Below, in pieces: positions 17,737-28,691 of a stretch of 64,000 bases of DNA (the stretch's first letter is position 1; each line of letters begins with the position of its first letter). The notes under the pieces are model-generated. The model saw only the letters and a program-made list of their open reading frames with translations. It made no database searches and was not told where the DNA came from. Source of the DNA: a virus; IMG/VR virus record IMGVR_UViG_3300006104_000752, positions 3,988 to 67,987 of that record. The stretch is one strand, 5' to 3'. A program made the translations under genes and the position numbers.

Positions 17737-17959
17737 AGCAACATTCCTTTTTGCGATGACGTAGCATAGCGGGATGCTTGGCGTCAAAGCCTCGTTTATT
17801 TATTACGCGGACTATTGAAGCAGTGTCAATAGTGCTATCTTCAAAAGCGGCAAGAACCTTTTCACGGTCTTCTTCCGACAGAAGATTTATAATTCGCCCA
17901 GCAACACAAATCCTTACGGGCTTTTCAAAAAATTCAGACAAATCTGGTTTTGGCATCAC
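17726..17959 (-). CDS. small Cys/His hypothetical protein
   Basis: C..G...RHRKKECCC; SD and promoter upstream. Confidence 0.75.
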   Translation of the reverse strand: MMPKPDLSEFFEKPVRICVAGRIINLLSEEDREKVLAAFEDSTIDTASIVRVINKRGFDAKHPAMLRHRKKECCCGK

Positions 17960-17982
17960 CGTTCCTTTATTCGGTTAACAGA

Positions 17983-18011
17983 ACTATACCAAAAAACCAG
18001 GCAAAAGTCAA
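17983..18011 (-). promoter_or_regulatory. sigma70/SigA-type promoter
   Basis: TTGACT-17-TATAGT with TGG extension. Confidence 0.8.
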
Positions 18012-18014
18012 TGG

Positions 18015-18389
18015 TTATCCCAAAGAAAATGGGGGTGCATCAACAATGAGTTGATTCATGCGACGAATCTTTGTCTTTGTAGAGTCGTGATTTACAGATG
18101 AACTTGGCTCGCAAGCGATGCTGTAAACCCAAACGCCAGGGGCGTAAGCGTCCGAGTCAATGGTTGCTTGGTAAAGCCCAAGACCGGTTCGAACAATTGT
18201 GCCAGTGGGGTCACCAGTGCCGTAAGTGTAAGTAAAAGTGTACGTCTTACTTGAATCGCCGTCAATCTGGAATCCAAAAAGAACAACGTCAGGGTCAATA
18301 ATAGTCCCGTCTATTGCCGTAAAAGGCTCCTTGGTAGCAAGAGTAATGGCGGTTCCCTGGGTGTAGTGGTTGGTTGTAAATGAATACAT
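18015..18389 (-). CDS. beta-rich putative virion protein (Ig-like)
   Basis: DG..IDP, TG.G.Y.A, G.W.Y pattern; follows fibre gene. Confidence 0.55.
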   Translation of the reverse strand: MYSFTTNHYTQGTAITLATKEPFTAIDGTIIDPDVVLFGFQIDGDSSKTYTFTYTYGTGDPTGTIVRTGLGLYQATIDSDAYAPGVWVYSIACEPSSSVNHDSTKTKIRRMNQLIVDAPPFSLG

Positions 18390-18392
18390 TAA

Positions 18393-18653
18393 TTATCCTT
18401 CAGGTAAAAGTGTTTCGATTTCAATTGTATCTGCAAAATCATAAATGCAAAGTTCTGGTGATAAATCTTTTGTCCACATTTGAGGTGTTTTAACTATTAA
18501 ACACAATGGGGGACAAAAATCTTTTAAAAAGACTGAACCAGAAGCGTCAATTATCGAAACGGTTCCAGGTTGCACCTGTGTTTGAACATAGGTTTGACTT
18601 TGATACCAATAAACCGGCGTTCCAAAATAACCAAATTTAAATCCGGTAGACAT
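18393..18653 (-). CDS. hypothetical protein
   Basis: Coupled to collagen gene stop. Confidence 0.6.
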   Translation of the reverse strand: MSTGFKFGYFGTPVYWYQSQTYVQTQVQPGTVSIIDASGSVFLKDFCPPLCLIVKTPQMWTKDLSPELCIYDFADTIEIETLLPEG

Positions 18654-21600
18654 TAGTAGGCACCCATAATCATCATTGTTTGGACATCGTTATCTTGCAT
18701 CGCACCGGAACCATTTGTTGCCACAACCGTACCATTCAATGTAATCGTACCAGTAAAGGTTGGAGATGCTGAACCGACAAGGGTCGTGCTGGACGGGATT
18801 GTAGTGCCATTTACGCTTGTAACGTTTGGCAAAGATGTTGTTGCTGATGTAATAAGAGTTGCGCTTGACGGAATTGTTGTTCCGTTGACAGAAGTAACGC
18901 TTGGCAACGATGTTGTGGTGCTTGTAATTAACGTTGCGGACGAAGGGATTGAAGTCCCGTTAATTGACGTTGCGGTTGCAACTCCAAGAACTGGTGTAAC
19001 CAGCGTGGGAGAAGTAGAAAGAACGTTTGCACCGCTACCAGTTGAAGTTGTTACTCCAGTACCACCATGCAAAACACTAAGAGTTCCAGTCGTGACATTT
19101 CCTACTCCAACTACGGTCGGGGATGAAGCGGTTCCGCCAAGGTCGCCCGAAAGTTGGATGATTCCTTCTACGCTCGATGTTGCGGCGGTAGGAATCTGAC
19201 CAAATGCGGCGGCATCAGTAGATGCAGTTCCATTGGCAAGACCAGTAATCTTTTGACTATTCATAGCAAGAGTGCCATAAATTGTCGTGTTACCGGCTGC
19301 GCTAATGGTCATCGCATCAGTTGCGCCGTTATTAACAACAAAGTGAATCGGCTTTGAACTGTATGTACCAATTGCAAGGTCTGTGGTTGCTGATGCAACG
19401 TAAACGTTGCCTGGGGAGTTAAAAGCACCAGAGCCTTGGAAGCCTGAAGAGTTAATACCAATTTCACCATAGTTGGAGTTGTTGGTTCCCTGGTCATTAG
19501 AAATGTTGAAGTTTGCGCTGGCCTGGTATCCATTGCTAAGGTTCTGAATAATTACCTGGGTGTAGTTGTTAACGTTTTCAGCAATTGATTCCATAATGTT
19601 GACATCGGAGTAACCCAATGCTGAACCAATTTGTGATGGGCCGTAATTGGTGGAAACAGTGCTTGAAGGTACGTTAGTTACGTCAAGACTAGGAACAGAA
19701 AGGGCGCCCGTCATAGTTCCGCCGGAAGTTTGTAACGCACCGGCTACGGTCGTGTTGGCGGAAATAATTGACTCTACGTTTGTCGTTGCAACAAGTGTAG
19801 GGTTAGGGTAGGAACCTGTAAGGTCACCACCAGCGGAACCCGTGGAAGGGCCGGTTGCACCCTGATATCCTTGGTAACCCTGCGAACCTTGCGAGCCCGT
19901 GCTTCCCTGGTAGCCTTGCGGGCCTTGTGCACCAGTTGCACCGGTGGAGCCTTGTGAGCCCTGTGAACCCTGTGAACCAGTGGAACCCTGAACGCCCTGA
20001 GAGCCTGTGTTTCCCTGGTAGCCCTGAACTCCTTGATTACCCTGGTAGCCCTGATTTCCTTGCGTACCCTGGAAACCCTGAGAACCTTGAGCGCCCTGTA
20101 CGCCAACTGCTCCGTCAAGGTTTACAGTCCATGCAGAGTAAGTTCCCGAACCAACAACGTCACCAGGGGTTGTTCCAACTGTAAAGTTGAAAGCACCAGT
20201 GATGGAGTCATATGTGTTAACAGTTGCTACAACGTAGTTAGAACTATTGTAGGCAATTACAGCACCTTGCCCCGGAGTCCATGAAAGACCCGTTGCAATA
20301 GTTATGGTTGCAGTTCCAGTTCCTAGCGTGTAAGAAGTTGTACTTGTGCTTGCGTAGTGGTCGCTGTACCCCTGGAAACCCTGATTTCCCTGGTACCCCT
20401 GGTACCCTTGCGTTCCTTGATTGCCCTGATAACCCTGCGGTCCCTGGGCACCGGTTGTTCCTTGGTATCCCTGGGAACCAGTAGCACCCTGGACGCCCTG
20501 AGAACCAGTAGCGCCCGTGGAGCCTTGTGGTCCGGTTGCGCCCTGAGAACCCGTTGAGCCCTGAGCGCCGGTTGAACCTTGCGCACCGGTACCGCCTTGG
20601 TACCCTTGATATCCTTGCGAGCCCTGAGAGCCTTGTGCACCTGTAGAACCCTGAGAACCAGTTGAACCCTGGTACCCCTGTGGACCTTGCGCACCTTGGT
20701 AACCTTGGCTACCCTGGGCACCAGTATTACCTTGTGCACCAGTAGCGCCTTGTGCGCCAGTGGAACCCTGTGCTCCAGTTGAACCCTGAGCACCAGTCGA
20801 ACCTTGGAATCCTTGAGTACCTTGATTACCTTGGAATCCTTGTGGGCCAGAATCACCTTGATACCCTTGCGCTCCCATCGTCCCCTGTGCACCAGTAGCA
20901 CCAGTGGACCCTTGGGCACCAGTAGAGCCCTGATAGCCCTGGTAACCTTGTGTTCCCTGAGCACCAGTTGCACCGGTTGCACCTTGCGTACCTTGGTATC
21001 CCTGAGTTCCCTGAGCGCCTGCCGAGCCTTGAGCACCAGTAGAACCTTGGTAGCCCTGAACGCCTTGGAAACCCTGGCTTCCTTGCGCTCCGGTGGAGCC
21101 TTGTGCTCCAGTCACACCCTGGTAGCCTTGGCTACCTTGTGCGCCGGTTGAGCCCTGATTGCCTTGGTATCCTTGAAATCCCTGGTTGCCTTGAGAACCC
21201 TGGGCTCCAGTGGCCCCTGTAGAACCTTGTGCTCCAGCCGAGCCTTGAACCCCCTGATAACCTTGATTTCCCTGAGTGCCCTGAGAGCCAGTGGCACCTT
21301 GAGCGCCGGTAAAACCTTGTGCTCCTTGATTTCCCTGTGAACCTTGCGAGCCTTGAAAACCTTGTGCGCCTTGAACGCCCTGGTAGGTGATTTGCTGTGC
21401 CGTTACAATTACGCCAGGAGTTTGGGGTGTTGTTGGGGTAGTGCCTGCCGCAAGTGTGTCAATTTGGACACTTGTTGAAGAAGCAGCCCACATAAGTTGC
21501 AGATAATCGCCTGCACTCAAAGTCAAAACATAGTTGATAGCAGCAATCATTGCACCGGTACCACCGTGTGAGGTACCTGGAAGTCCATATTCAGAATTGG

Positions 21601-24600
21601 TATCTACAACATCTGTGCCGTTCTTGCGAAGCCATACGTCAACCGTGTCACCATTGCTGTCGCTGCTGTAGAACTGAATTGAATATTGTAAATTGTAAGT
21701 ACCAGCGTAAGCAAAAGTAATTTGATTACCGCTAACAATTGTAACTCCGTTACTTTCGGCAACAGTGTTTATGTTTACTGGGTAGGCGGTTGTTGTGCTG
21801 ATAATCGTTTGAATAGTTGTGTCGTACGCTGAAATGTAGTGGGCAATAACGCCGCCAGCGCCAGGAACACCTTGAGGACCTTGAGGGCCCTGACCTGAAA
21901 CCTGTGTCCAGTTAATGTTGTCGGTGCCAATAATAATTGAACCGTCAGAGTACGAACCGGATGAAATCATTTCATAGGTCTTACCCATGTTTGTTGTACC
22001 GGCAATTACGAGCGTGTAGTCACCAGCACCAACTTCGCTTTGAACGCTGTCGTTGTAGTCGGACGAACGAGTAAGGACCCATTTGGTCGAACCAGAACCT
22101 GTTGCTGTTACGGTGTAAATACCGTTGTACTTAGCATTCGTGTTTGATGCAACAAGTACGCGTTGATTAGCGGCAAGGGTCACACCGTCAATTACAAGAG
22201 CGCCGTTTGCGGTTGCGGTCAGGGTTGCACCGATACCATAACCACCGTTTGCGTCAATGGTACCGGCGGTGTAAGTAGATGAATTTGTGGTACCAAAAGT
22301 ATCTGCAACTTGAACTGATGCGTGAGCATTTAAGGCAGATGGCGCACCTTGGGCACCTTGGTTTCCTTGGTATCCTTGAGAGCCTTGCGCCCCCTGGTGG
22401 CCCTGATTTCCTTGGAATCCCTGATTCCCCTGGAAGCCCTGACTGCCTTGGTATCCCTGGTTCCCCTGCGAACCGGTTGCCCCTTGTGTGCCAGTGGAGC
22501 CCTGAACACCTTGATAACCCTGCGTGCCCTGAAAACCTTGATTGCCTTGAGTTCCTTGCGTACCTTGTGAGCCTTGCGCTCCAGTAGAGCCTTGTGCACC
22601 GGTTACACCCTGGTATCCCTGAGCGCCTTGCGAGCCCGTGGCGCCTTGAGTACCTGTCTGGCCTTGGTAGCCCTGGTTTCCTTGATAGCCCTGGAATCCC
22701 TGTGCACCAGTCACACCTATTGAACCTTGAGCACCAGTGCCTCCTTGAGCACCTTGGTATCCCTGGTATCCCTGGTAACCTTGCGAACCAGTTGCTCCGG
22801 TCGAACCCTGGGCGCCCTGAGCACCCGTGGAGCCTTGCGCTCCGGTAGAACCCTGAGAACCAGTGCTTCCCTGAGCGCCTTGATTTCCCTGCGCACCTTG
22901 CGTACCTTGGTAGCCTTGAGTTCCTTGAGCGCCAGTGTTTCCAGTTGCGCCTTGAACGCCCTGATAGCCCTGCGCACCCTGCGCACCAGTTGAACCTTGG
23001 AAACCTTGATTTCCTTGATAACCCTGAGCACCTGTGGAGCCAGTTGCACCCTGTGAGCCCTGTGAACCTGTTTGTCCCTGGTTACCTTGAGTTCCCTGGT
23101 TTCCCTGAGTGCCTTGATAACCTTGAACACCCTGGGCTCCGGTCGAGCCTTGGTAGCCCTGTGCCCCCTGTTGGCCTGTTGAACCCTGAGCGCCCTGAGC
23201 ACCAGTAGAACCGGTTGAACCTTGAGAGCCCTGCGAACCCATTGGGCCTTGTGCGCCTGTTGCGCCTTGTGAGCCCGTTGCACCGGTTGAACCCTGCGCT
23301 CCAGTTTGTCCTTGGTAGCCTTGCGTGCCCTGATTACCCTGGAACCCCTGGTTGCCTTGAGTGCCTTGACTACCCTGAGCGCCTTGGAACCCTTGGTTAC
23401 CTTGGCTACCCTGGAATCCTTGCGCACCCTGAACACCGGTTGCACCGTCAAGGTTGACACTCCAAGAAGAATATGTGCCAGAACCCATAATGGTATTAAC
23501 GGCAACGACCATAGCGCCAGTACCGGCGTTGTAGGAAGTAACCAAACCATTCATGTAATTTGACGTGTTGTATGCGATTACAACGCTTTGACCAGCGGTG
23601 TAGGCAAGGCCGGTTCCAATCGTAAGCGATTGAGATGTGGCGGAAATAGTTAATGATGTAGTCGAAGAAGTGTGGTAAATGTCACCAGTGACGCCCTGAA
23701 CACCCTGATTACCTTGGTAGCCCTGGGTGCCCTGTGCACCTGTAGGGCCCTGGTATCCTTGCGCACCTTGAACTCCTTGGTACCCCTGATGGCCCTGAGT
23801 GCCTTGTGCGCCAGTAGAACCTTGGGCACCGGTTGCTCCGGTAGTACCTTGGGAACCGGTAGGGCCTTGAAAACCCTGGTTTCCTTGAGTACCTTGAAAA
23901 CCTTGAGGGCCCTGTGCACCAGTATCACCCTTGGTACCAGTGGTACCAGTTACACCTTGAGTACCTTGATTACCTTGGAATCCTTGATTTCCTTGCGTTC
24001 CTTGAACACCTTGAACACCTTGAACACCCTGATTACCTTGGTATCCTTGTGGTCCTTGAACTCCAGTTGCACCCTGGACTCCTTGTGCTCCTGTTGCTCC
24101 GGTTGAGCCTTGAGGGCCAGTAGAACCCTGATAGCCCTGAGCACCTTGGAAACCCTGTGGTCCTTGAATCTTTGCATAAGTCAAAGCCTCATTAGCAATG
24201 TTAATTGCATCAACGACGCCTTGGTTAAATTGAAGGCTTTCTACCGCAGAAGCACCGTGATAAAGGTCGTTTACCTTTGTTTGTGTAGTCTGGTGATAGT
24301 GGGTGTGAATAATGGTTGCGTCATACCCACGACCGTTGTTCCCCTCGTCGTCATACCATACAGTAATAAATGAGTTTTCAATGTCAACAGCAGAACAAAG
24401 AACTGTTTCTTCGTTTGTTGCTCCGGGGTTAATTGTAATGACAAAAGGCCCAGACGTTCCAAGCGGGTTTGTGGTCGCTTGGCCCGTTGGGCTAACCTCG
24501 TACCAGCCAGCAGCAGAAGCAATCGTAATTGTCTGAAATGGCGTGTAGTAATCCGGAATGTCTGTGGTGATATAGGTGGGTGGTACTGAACCACCGTACG

Positions 24601-24631
24601 AACGTATGGTTGTCTCGGTAGGGAATGCCAT
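18653..24631 (-). CDS. giant collagen-like fibre protein (1992 aa)
   Basis: Four long G-X-Y blocks ([15 protein letters not shown]) separated by globular beta domains; fibre-like C-terminus. Confidence 0.9.
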   Translation of the reverse strand: MAFPTETTIRSYGGSVPPTYITTDIPDYYTPFQTITIASAAGWYEVSPTGQATTNPLGTSGPFVITINPGATNEETVLCSAVDIENSFITVWYDDEGNNGRGYDATIIHTHYHQTTQTKVNDLYHGASAVESLQFNQGVVDAINIANEALTYAKIQGPQGFQGAQGYQGSTGPQGSTGATGAQGVQGATGVQGPQGYQGNQGVQGVQGVQGTQGNQGFQGNQGTQGVTGTTGTKGDTGAQGPQGFQGTQGNQGFQGPTGSQGTTGATGAQGSTGAQGTQGHQGYQGVQGAQGYQGPTGAQGTQGYQGNQGVQGVTGDIYHTSSTTSLTISATSQSLTIGTGLAYTAGQSVVIAYNTSNYMNGLVTSYNAGTGAMVVAVNTIMGSGTYSSWSVNLDGATGVQGAQGFQGSQGNQGFQGAQGSQGTQGNQGFQGNQGTQGYQGQTGAQGSTGATGSQGATGAQGPMGSQGSQGSTGSTGAQGAQGSTGQQGAQGYQGSTGAQGVQGYQGTQGNQGTQGNQGQTGSQGSQGATGSTGAQGYQGNQGFQGSTGAQGAQGYQGVQGATGNTGAQGTQGYQGTQGAQGNQGAQGSTGSQGSTGAQGSTGAQGAQGSTGATGSQGYQGYQGYQGAQGGTGAQGSIGVTGAQGFQGYQGNQGYQGQTGTQGATGSQGAQGYQGVTGAQGSTGAQGSQGTQGTQGNQGFQGTQGYQGVQGSTGTQGATGSQGNQGYQGSQGFQGNQGFQGNQGHQGAQGSQGYQGNQGAQGAPSALNAHASVQVADTFGTTNSSTYTAGTIDANGGYGIGATLTATANGALVIDGVTLAANQRVLVASNTNAKYNGIYTVTATGSGSTKWVLTRSSDYNDSVQSEVGAGDYTLVIAGTTNMGKTYEMISSGSYSDGSIIIGTDNINWTQVSGQGPQGPQGVPGAGGVIAHYISAYDTTIQTIISTTTAYPVNINTVAESNGVTIVSGNQITFAYAGTYNLQYSIQFYSSDSNGDTVDVWLRKNGTDVVDTNSEYGLPGTSHGGTGAMIAAINYVLTLSAGDYLQLMWAASSTSVQIDTLAAGTTPTTPQTPGVIVTAQQITYQGVQGAQGFQGSQGSQGNQGAQGFTGAQGATGSQGTQGNQGYQGVQGSAGAQGSTGATGAQGSQGNQGFQGYQGNQGSTGAQGSQGYQGVTGAQGSTGAQGSQGFQGVQGYQGSTGAQGSAGAQGTQGYQGTQGATGATGAQGTQGYQGYQGSTGAQGSTGATGAQGTMGAQGYQGDSGPQGFQGNQGTQGFQGSTGAQGSTGAQGSTGAQGATGAQGNTGAQGSQGYQGAQGPQGYQGSTGSQGSTGAQGSQGSQGYQGYQGGTGAQGSTGAQGSTGSQGATGPQGSTGATGSQGVQGATGSQGYQGTTGAQGPQGYQGNQGTQGYQGYQGNQGFQGYSDHYASTSTTSYTLGTGTATITIATGLSWTPGQGAVIAYNSSNYVVATVNTYDSITGAFNFTVGTTPGDVVGSGTYSAWTVNLDGAVGVQGAQGSQGFQGTQGNQGYQGNQGVQGYQGNTGSQGVQGSTGSQGSQGSQGSTGATGAQGPQGYQGSTGSQGSQGYQGYQGATGPSTGSAGGDLTGSYPNPTLVATTNVESIISANTTVAGALQTSGGTMTGALSVPSLDVTNVPSSTVSTNYGPSQIGSALGYSDVNIMESIAENVNNYTQVIIQNLSNGYQASANFNISNDQGTNNSNYGEIGINSSGFQGSGAFNSPGNVYVASATTDLAIGTYSSKPIHFVVNNGATDAMTISAAGNTTIYGTLAMNSQKITGLANGTASTDAAAFGQIPTAATSSVEGIIQLSGDLGGTASSPTVVGVGNVTTGTLSVLHGGTGVTTSTGSGANVLSTSPTLVTPVLGVATATSINGTSIPSSATLITSTTTSLPSVTSVNGTTIPSSATLITSATTSLPNVTSVNGTTIPSSTTLVGSASPTFTGTITLNGTVVATNGSGAMQDNDVQTMMIMGAY

Positions 24632-24639
24632 GGTTTAAC

Positions 24640-25086
24640 CTATTCTTTGGTTTCTGTTACGGGACTAATAAGCCCCCGTACGTAACGCTCAGCCTCGAAA
24701 TCGCTCGCGCTTGCTGTGTGTATTCCGCCTGCACCTCTGTGGTGCGCTTCGCAGAGCCACATAAGATTTTCGGCGCTTTCAACCCAAGCACCAATGGTTT
24801 CTGGGTCTGATACGCCAGGGTAATCTGCTTCCAGCCATTGAAGGTCTACACCATTTTGCAACGAAAATTCAATATGCGCGTGGTGGAGTTCCAGTGGCTT
24901 GTTCAAAGAACATTCGCTAAAGTCATTGCGATGCAAGCCAATAGCGCACTGAGCAGTGCTTTTCGTACGGCGTCTGTAGGCATTGAAGTCCCTGTAGTGC
25001 GGGTCAGATTCACGTGGTTCGTGGTCAGGGTAGTGAACAACGTAATGATGTGTGACCGTCTGGTCATGTGCCGGTGTCCCGGCCAT
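24640..25086 (-). CDS. HNH-like His-rich protein
   Basis: C...LELHH...NL..LCEAHHRG..GIH. Confidence 0.65.
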   Translation of the reverse strand: MAGTPAHDQTVTHHYVVHYPDHEPRESDPHYRDFNAYRRRTKSTAQCAIGLHRNDFSECSLNKPLELHHAHIEFSLQNGVDLQWLEADYPGVSDPETIGAWVESAENLMWLCEAHHRGAGGIHTASASDFEAERYVRGLISPVTETKE

Positions 25087-25087
25087 G

Positions 25088-25513
25088 CTAGAAAGAACCT
25101 TCGGTCAATACGTTTACAGAACTAATGGTTGCACTGTTTGTCGTAGTTACCTTAAGGTACCAACCGGAAGGAACGCGAACGGTCAATGCGTGATTTGTTG
25201 CCGCATTTCCGGCAGAGGCAGGAATTACAACGTTTGCGCAAGCACTGGTAGGGCCAAAAGCAACCGCTACAGTCCCGCTTGCTGCACCACCAATAAAAAT
25301 GTAGTAAGTAGCAAAGCAAGGCGCGGTGTTTTGAATTGCCGTACCAGAAGTCATTGAAACGCCGCTGGTAAATGTTGGAGCAAATCCACCGACCTGAGTA
25401 TTAACAGAACCGTTAAAGTGCTGAATAGAGCCAGTTGTTGTGTCAACAAAAACGGGATAGGGTGCAATTGGGTGCCAAGTAGTGTTGTTGAATGTTTCGT
25501 TTGATGAAGTCAT
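25088..25513 (-). CDS. beta-rich hypothetical protein
   Basis: S/T/G/A-rich, VRVPSGWY; SD AAGGA. Confidence 0.65.
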   Translation of the reverse strand: MTSSNETFNNTTWHPIAPYPVFVDTTTGSIQHFNGSVNTQVGGFAPTFTSGVSMTSGTAIQNTAPCFATYYIFIGGAASGTVAVAFGPTSACANVVIPASAGNAATNHALTVRVPSGWYLKVTTTNSATISSVNVLTEGSF

Positions 25514-25522
25514 AAATAGTCC

Positions 25523-26041
25523 TTATTGAATTTGGGTTCCGACTCGTCCAATAACTTCCCAGAATTGTCCGGGTGTAATTTGGAATGGGTCAACTGGGCA
25601 GTTCCATCCGCCATGCTCCCAGCAACGTGCTACGAGCGCGGAACAAATAAGAGTTCCTTCACGGCGAATATCTAAAATCATAAAATCGGGAAGCATTAGA
25701 TTTAGTCCAATGCTAAAAATGGTCAAAACTCCGTAGTCTTCTCCGACCTTGCCCATTGCGTAATCAACTGCACGCTGACGGTCAAGTTCATCTGGCATTG
25801 GAGTCCACCAAAGTTCGCCGCCTGGAGCAACATCTTCTAGTTTCACAAGTTCACCGTGACGAGCCATCTGGACAACCCAGATTTGACCATCGGGGTCAAC
25901 CTTTACAACAATAGCCATGTGGTTTTTTGTATGCCCCTGCCACCAACGTGTAGCCTGAGCAGCGCGAATCATGGTGCCATAAAAATTATTTGTTTTAGCA
26001 AAGATGGCATCGCCGGGTTTAATGTCTGGGTTAGTTATCAA
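25523..26041 (-). CDS. permuted papain-like NlpC/P60 (YiiX/YebB-type) amidase
   Basis: PGD..F, NHMAIV (His) N-terminal to ICSALVA (Cys), ITP. Confidence 0.8.
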   Translation of the reverse strand: MITNPDIKPGDAIFAKTNNFYGTMIRAAQATRWWQGHTKNHMAIVVKVDPDGQIWVVQMARHGELVKLEDVAPGGELWWTPMPDELDRQRAVDYAMGKVGEDYGVLTIFSIGLNLMLPDFMILDIRREGTLICSALVARCWEHGGWNCPVDPFQITPGQFWEVIGRVGTQIQ

Positions 26042-26765
26042 GGTTCTTCAAGTCCTGTTGTAGTGCAAGTATGTCAATGTTCCAAACGGGGCCGTGGTCT
26101 GCTTCAACAAAGACTTCGGGAATAACAACCCAAGCCTCTGAACCATATTCTTCCCACCAACCCCACGTCATCGATTCGGTTGCTCCCCAGGTAATGATGT
26201 CAATACCAAAGCGGTTGTAACCAGTTGCAACAACGCAGTGACCGCCAGAAGGTGGTTCGTACGTTCCGTCCAAGTGCCATGGCTGGTGCTGTTCAAACTG
26301 AATCTCTGCGCTGTCTGGCATTTCTACGCCAAGGTAAACTGAACCAAACAAGTAGATAGCGGCCATCATTTCGTCACGGTTCTTAATGTTGACCGGAGCA
26401 TAAGCGGAAATCTTGTTGTTGAAAAGACCGTCCTTCATCCAGGTCTGAAGAACTGATTGTTCTACAAGACCAGTGTCAGCGCCATTAGACAACTTAAAGT
26501 AGGTTTCCTTTACCGCATCATCGCCTGGGTATTCAAAGTCCTCACCGATTTCGGCATAGATAAGTTGAAGCATGTGAATAACACCAGCAATGGTGCACGT
26601 ACCATACGTGTCGTTCAGTGCCATTGGGTACTTAGCAACACGGCTTGAATAATCAAACGAACGTGGTGGCTTGTACATTGGTCCCTTGATGTAGTTTTTC
26701 AAGGTTCCCATTGATAGTTCTACGGCAGCGCCCTTACCGCGCTTTCCAGCAATACGTTCAGCCAT
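26031..26765 (-). CDS. papain-like (C1-type) cysteine peptidase
   Basis: ND.YGTCTIA, GGHCVVATGY, ITWG. Confidence 0.8.
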   Translation of the reverse strand: MAERIAGKRGKGAAVELSMGTLKNYIKGPMYKPPRSFDYSSRVAKYPMALNDTYGTCTIAGVIHMLQLIYAEIGEDFEYPGDDAVKETYFKLSNGADTGLVEQSVLQTWMKDGLFNNKISAYAPVNIKNRDEMMAAIYLFGSVYLGVEMPDSAEIQFEQHQPWHLDGTYEPPSGGHCVVATGYNRFGIDIITWGATESMTWGWWEEYGSEAWVVIPEVFVEADHGPVWNIDILALQQDLKNLDN

Positions 26766-27064
26766 TACGCTTCCTCCTTGATGTTTTTGTGAGACCACTT
26801 AACTGCGCGTTCAGTTGTAAACTTTCCAACGATTCCAATTGGCAAAATGCCAAGCCAGCCACGCCAGCCAAGATGGATTAGTTGAACACCTGAAAAAGAA
26901 GCCAGGATGATGTTTACAATGTCGCTTAACCCATCCATGTCGCCAGCCAATTTGTGTCGTCCGTTGGCAATGGCGTCTGTTAGGACAGTATTTAAAATGT
27001 CACGGGCAATCATGGCCAAACAGCCAACGCCCGAATAAAGCAATACGTCTAACCAAATTTTCAC
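26765..27064 (-). CDS. membrane protein
   Basis: Two to three hydrophobic segments. Confidence 0.7.
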   Translation of the reverse strand: MKIWLDVLLYSGVGCLAMIARDILNTVLTDAIANGRHKLAGDMDGLSDIVNIILASFSGVQLIHLGWRGWLGILPIGIVGKFTTERAVKWSHKNIKEEA

Positions 27065-27447
27065 TTAGTAAGCCTTTCAAGCATTTGTCGGTGTTCCTCC
27101 AGCATTTGCTTTGTTGATTCACTGACTTCCAAGTGATACTTGGCTAGTTCTGCCGAAATGCGGTCAGCACGCTTTGCGGCGATAAGTAGGATTGCTCCCT
27201 GCAAACCCGCAAGGGTTGAGAGCATAAGGTTTAAAAGGATGAACGGATATGCATCGAACGGGTGTTTCGAAAATGCGTTTGCCGCCATCCATACGGTCAT
27301 AAATACTACGAATGCAAAAACAAAGGGCCAACTCCCCATTCCGTGACGCATTGCATCAGCGGCTCGTTCCCCTAATGTTCGTTCTTCACCGCTTCGTACA
27401 AAAGGGTGAAATTCCCAATGAGATTGTTTACTAGGCATCTCAGCCAT
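27061..27447 (-). CDS. DUF1003 membrane protein
   Basis: GERAAD..GSW.F...W...FD.YPFILLNL.LS..A..Q. Confidence 0.85.
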   Translation of the reverse strand: MAEMPSKQSHWEFHPFVRSGEERTLGERAADAMRHGMGSWPFVFAFVVFMTVWMAANAFSKHPFDAYPFILLNLMLSTLAGLQGAILLIAAKRADRISAELAKYHLEVSESTKQMLEEHRQMLERLTK

Positions 27448-27826
27448 CAATTCCTTGGTGGTATCCAAAGTGCCTTTCAAGCGCCTTGTCTAGTTTCTGA
27501 ATGTAACGTTCCAGTTGTTCTTGTTGTTTTTCAATCTTGTTAAAGCCCTTTTCAGTGCTTTCTTCTAGACGCTTCAGTGCGTCCTTCATACTGCTACCCC
27601 CATTGTGTTGGGTTTCGTGGTGAATTTGTTCAACCTCTCTGGCAAGTTTTTCAATAAAGTCTTTATCAATTTCGCTGTTGACTTCTTGCTTAACGACCTT
27701 GGCTAGTGCTTTGCGGTGTTGGTTCCAAATGAATCCACCGACCGCAATAACACCACCGCCAAACCAAATCCAGTTGTCTGCGTAGTTAGTCCAAAAACTT
27801 GAACTGTTAATAAATGAGGCAAACAT
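27440..27826 (-). CDS. single-TM coiled-coil protein (holin-like)
   Basis: N-terminal TM, NGGSSMKD motif, coiled coil; follows endolysin. Confidence 0.65.
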   Translation of the reverse strand: MFASFINSSSFWTNYADNWIWFGGGVIAVGGFIWNQHRKALAKVVKQEVNSEIDKDFIEKLAREVEQIHHETQHNGGSSMKDALKRLEESTEKGFNKIEKQQEQLERYIQKLDKALERHFGYHQGIDG

Positions 27827-27827
27827 A

Positions 27828-28391
27828 CTATGCAGCCGGAGGTGTGTGCGCAGTTCCTACTACTGTCTTGTTGACCCTGAGGAAGGTTTGTGGTTCACGT
27901 CCGTCAACGGCGTAATTGTGAGGATTGGCGCTAGGAGTATTAACCCAAACATAGGAAGGGTCACCCTGCTCGCCGTGAGATACGGTAAGAATATCTTTGC
28001 CGTGAACTTCAATAATTGTTGCAACGTGCCAGCCGGTTCCAGGGCCATATACAACAAGGTCGCCAGGAACAACATCCTCAACGAGCACACCCTTTGCGTT
28101 CTTTGCAAACAAAGCAAGGTGCTCTTCATGGCTAAGAAGTGTGCCGGTGTATCCCTCGTGGTCAAACTTAAGACCATTGGGGTCACCAAATCCAGCCAAC
28201 CAACAAAACAAAGTAGCCGAGCCGGAGCAATCCGTCGTGACGGGGAACTTAATTGGCCATTGACCAATGTTATTCATGCGGTCACTGGACTCACTATAAA
28301 TCCAGTGAAGTGGGTGAGCAATGCGGTCAGCAACTGCCCAGTGAGCCCATGCAACGTTGCCGGGTACGGGTGGGGTGACAGGTGTTGTCAT
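27828..28391 (-). CDS. NlpC/P60 peptidase, probable endolysin
   Basis: Y...R, DCSG, YTGT, PGDLVVYG, HVA, SHG. Confidence 0.85.
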   Translation of the reverse strand: MTTPVTPPVPGNVAWAHWAVADRIAHPLHWIYSESSDRMNNIGQWPIKFPVTTDCSGSATLFCWLAGFGDPNGLKFDHEGYTGTLLSHEEHLALFAKNAKGVLVEDVVPGDLVVYGPGTGWHVATIIEVHGKDILTVSHGEQGDPSYVWVNTPSANPHNYAVDGREPQTFLRVNKTVVGTAHTPPAA

Positions 28392-28415
28392 GTTTGTCCT
28401 TTGTTTTGATGCAGC

Positions 28416-28443
28416 AAAAGACCCCCCGCACTGCGAGGGGCCC
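28416..28443 (-). terminator. intrinsic terminator
   Basis: GGCCCCTCGC-AGT-GCGGGGGGTC-TTTT on minus strand. Confidence 0.7.
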
Positions 28444-28466
28444 TGCTTAGATTGAGAGTAAAAGTA

Positions 28467-28667
28467 TTAGTTAGATGCTGGTGATTCTACTGGCTTTGGA
28501 GCCGTGAACTCACCTGTTGTTGCATCGTATGCCCAGCCAATTCCTGCTGGGTTCTTGTCTGTGTATTCGACGCAAGTTGAACCGGTAACCAATTCAGCGT
28601 CTTCTTGAGTGTCAGCAACAATAACGTTGCTAACGATGTTTCCTGAAATTACAGCAAATGTTGCCAT
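28467..28667 (-). CDS. small fibre-associated protein (chaperone-like)
   Basis: FAVI....V.NVIVAD...AGIGW.Y....F..P; follows Gly-rich array. Confidence 0.7.
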   Translation of the reverse strand: MATFAVISGNIVSNVIVADTQEDAELVTGSTCVEYTDKNPAGIGWAYDATTGEFTAPKPVESPASN

Positions 28668-28691
28668 TGTTTCTCCTTAAAGATATTGGTA

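Noticed and set aside
19774-24177. Many overlapping alternative-frame and antisense ORFs, and an array-like repeat appearance in the collagen gene
   Set aside because: These are by-products of the 9-nt G-X-Y codon periodicity. There is no constant repeat with unique spacers, so it is not a CRISPR array.
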